50,728 nucleotides of DNA from Kiritimatiellia bacterium (GTDB lineage: Bacteria; Verrucomicrobiota; Kiritimatiellia; SLAD01): NCBI GenBank assembly GCA_007125875.1, contig SLCI01000004.1, forward strand, positions 1-50,728, given 5' to 3'. The notes below the pieces were generated by a model. The model was given only the letters and a program-made list of their open reading frames with translations. It had not been told where the DNA came from and did no database searches. A program made the position numbers and the translations under genes. Shown one piece after another: positions 50,569 through 50,728 of this stretch (position 1 is its first letter; each line of letters begins with the position of its first letter).

Positions 50569-50597
50569 AACGTATCACTGGCCAGAATACGTGTCAA
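50569..50597 (-). promoter_or_regulatory. Candidate promoter of the STAS-PP2C-STAS operon (TTGACA-17 nt-TACGTT) overlapping an inverted repeat
   Basis: On the minus strand: TTGACA (50597-50592), 17-nt spacer, TACGTT (50574-50569), 48 nt upstream of ATG 50521. The repeat ACGTAT..CTGGCCAG..ATACGT (50570-50592) fills the spacer. Confidence 0.3.
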
Positions 50598-50728
50598 CGG
50601 ATGATGGACTAGGACATTCCCCATTTTCTGGTGAGTTAGGATGGGTTGTATTCAGGCATTCAATCCTGGCAGCCAATCATCCTCTGGTTGAGGCTCCCTC
50701 GGTCGATTTCGAGGACGGATGCGTGAGA

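Noticed and set aside
1-50728. Looked for tRNA/rRNA genes, CRISPR arrays, IS elements or transposase/integrase genes, toxin-antitoxin pairs, and defence-system hallmarks (large ATPases, nucleases in operons, reverse transcriptases).
   Set aside because: None found. There are no direct-repeat/spacer periodicity, no terminal inverted repeats flanking a transposase-like ORF, and no T-loop-like GGTTCGAATCC motifs. The only nuclease-like gene (27303-28190) is solitary.

Overview
Bacterial chromosomal window, mid-to-high GC by eye, with no rRNA, tRNA, CRISPR, IS or prophage signatures that I could find. (1) Bases 1-27.3 kb form one co-directional (+) transcription/translation super-cluster. It runs rplJ (3' end)-rplL-rpoB-rpoC, then rpsL-rpsG-fusA, then the S10/spc/alpha clusters from rpsJ to rplQ, including secY, adk, map, infA, rpmJ and rpoA. 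An HU gene and a clean rho-independent terminator close it. tuf is absent between fusA and rpsJ, and rpmD is absent between rpsE and rplO. That layout is known from Chlamydiae, so a PVC-type genome is plausible but unverifiable here. (2) 27.3-39.3 kb (+) holds housekeeping genes: a Cas4/AddB-like Fe-S PD-(D/E)XK protein, panB, tsaE, tsaB, a ~0.6 kb unassigned hairpin-rich spacer, an orphan receiver, an anchored thioredoxin, ruvA, ruvB, a sigma-70 family factor, an MBL hydrolase, a membrane protein with two degenerate GGDEF domains, pdxJ, acpS and nnr. (3) 39.3-50.5 kb is mostly minus-strand accessory content: a polytopic membrane protein, a hydantoinase B/A pair divergent from an NCS1 permease, a znuABC-type transporter with a His-rich binding protein, and a STAS / GAF-PP2C / STAS partner-switching operon with no kinase. 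I see no defence island or obviously new multi-gene system. The items most worth a second look are the kinase-less partner-switching operon with an extended STAS protein, the tandem degenerate GGDEF protein that keeps both RxxD sites, the Cas4-like protein lacking a canonical (D/E)xK, the 205-bp spacer splitting rpsS-rplV, the hairpin-rich gap after tsaB, and a strongly divergent infA at the canonical position. All homology calls are by-eye motif recognition on the supplied translations; no searches were run.
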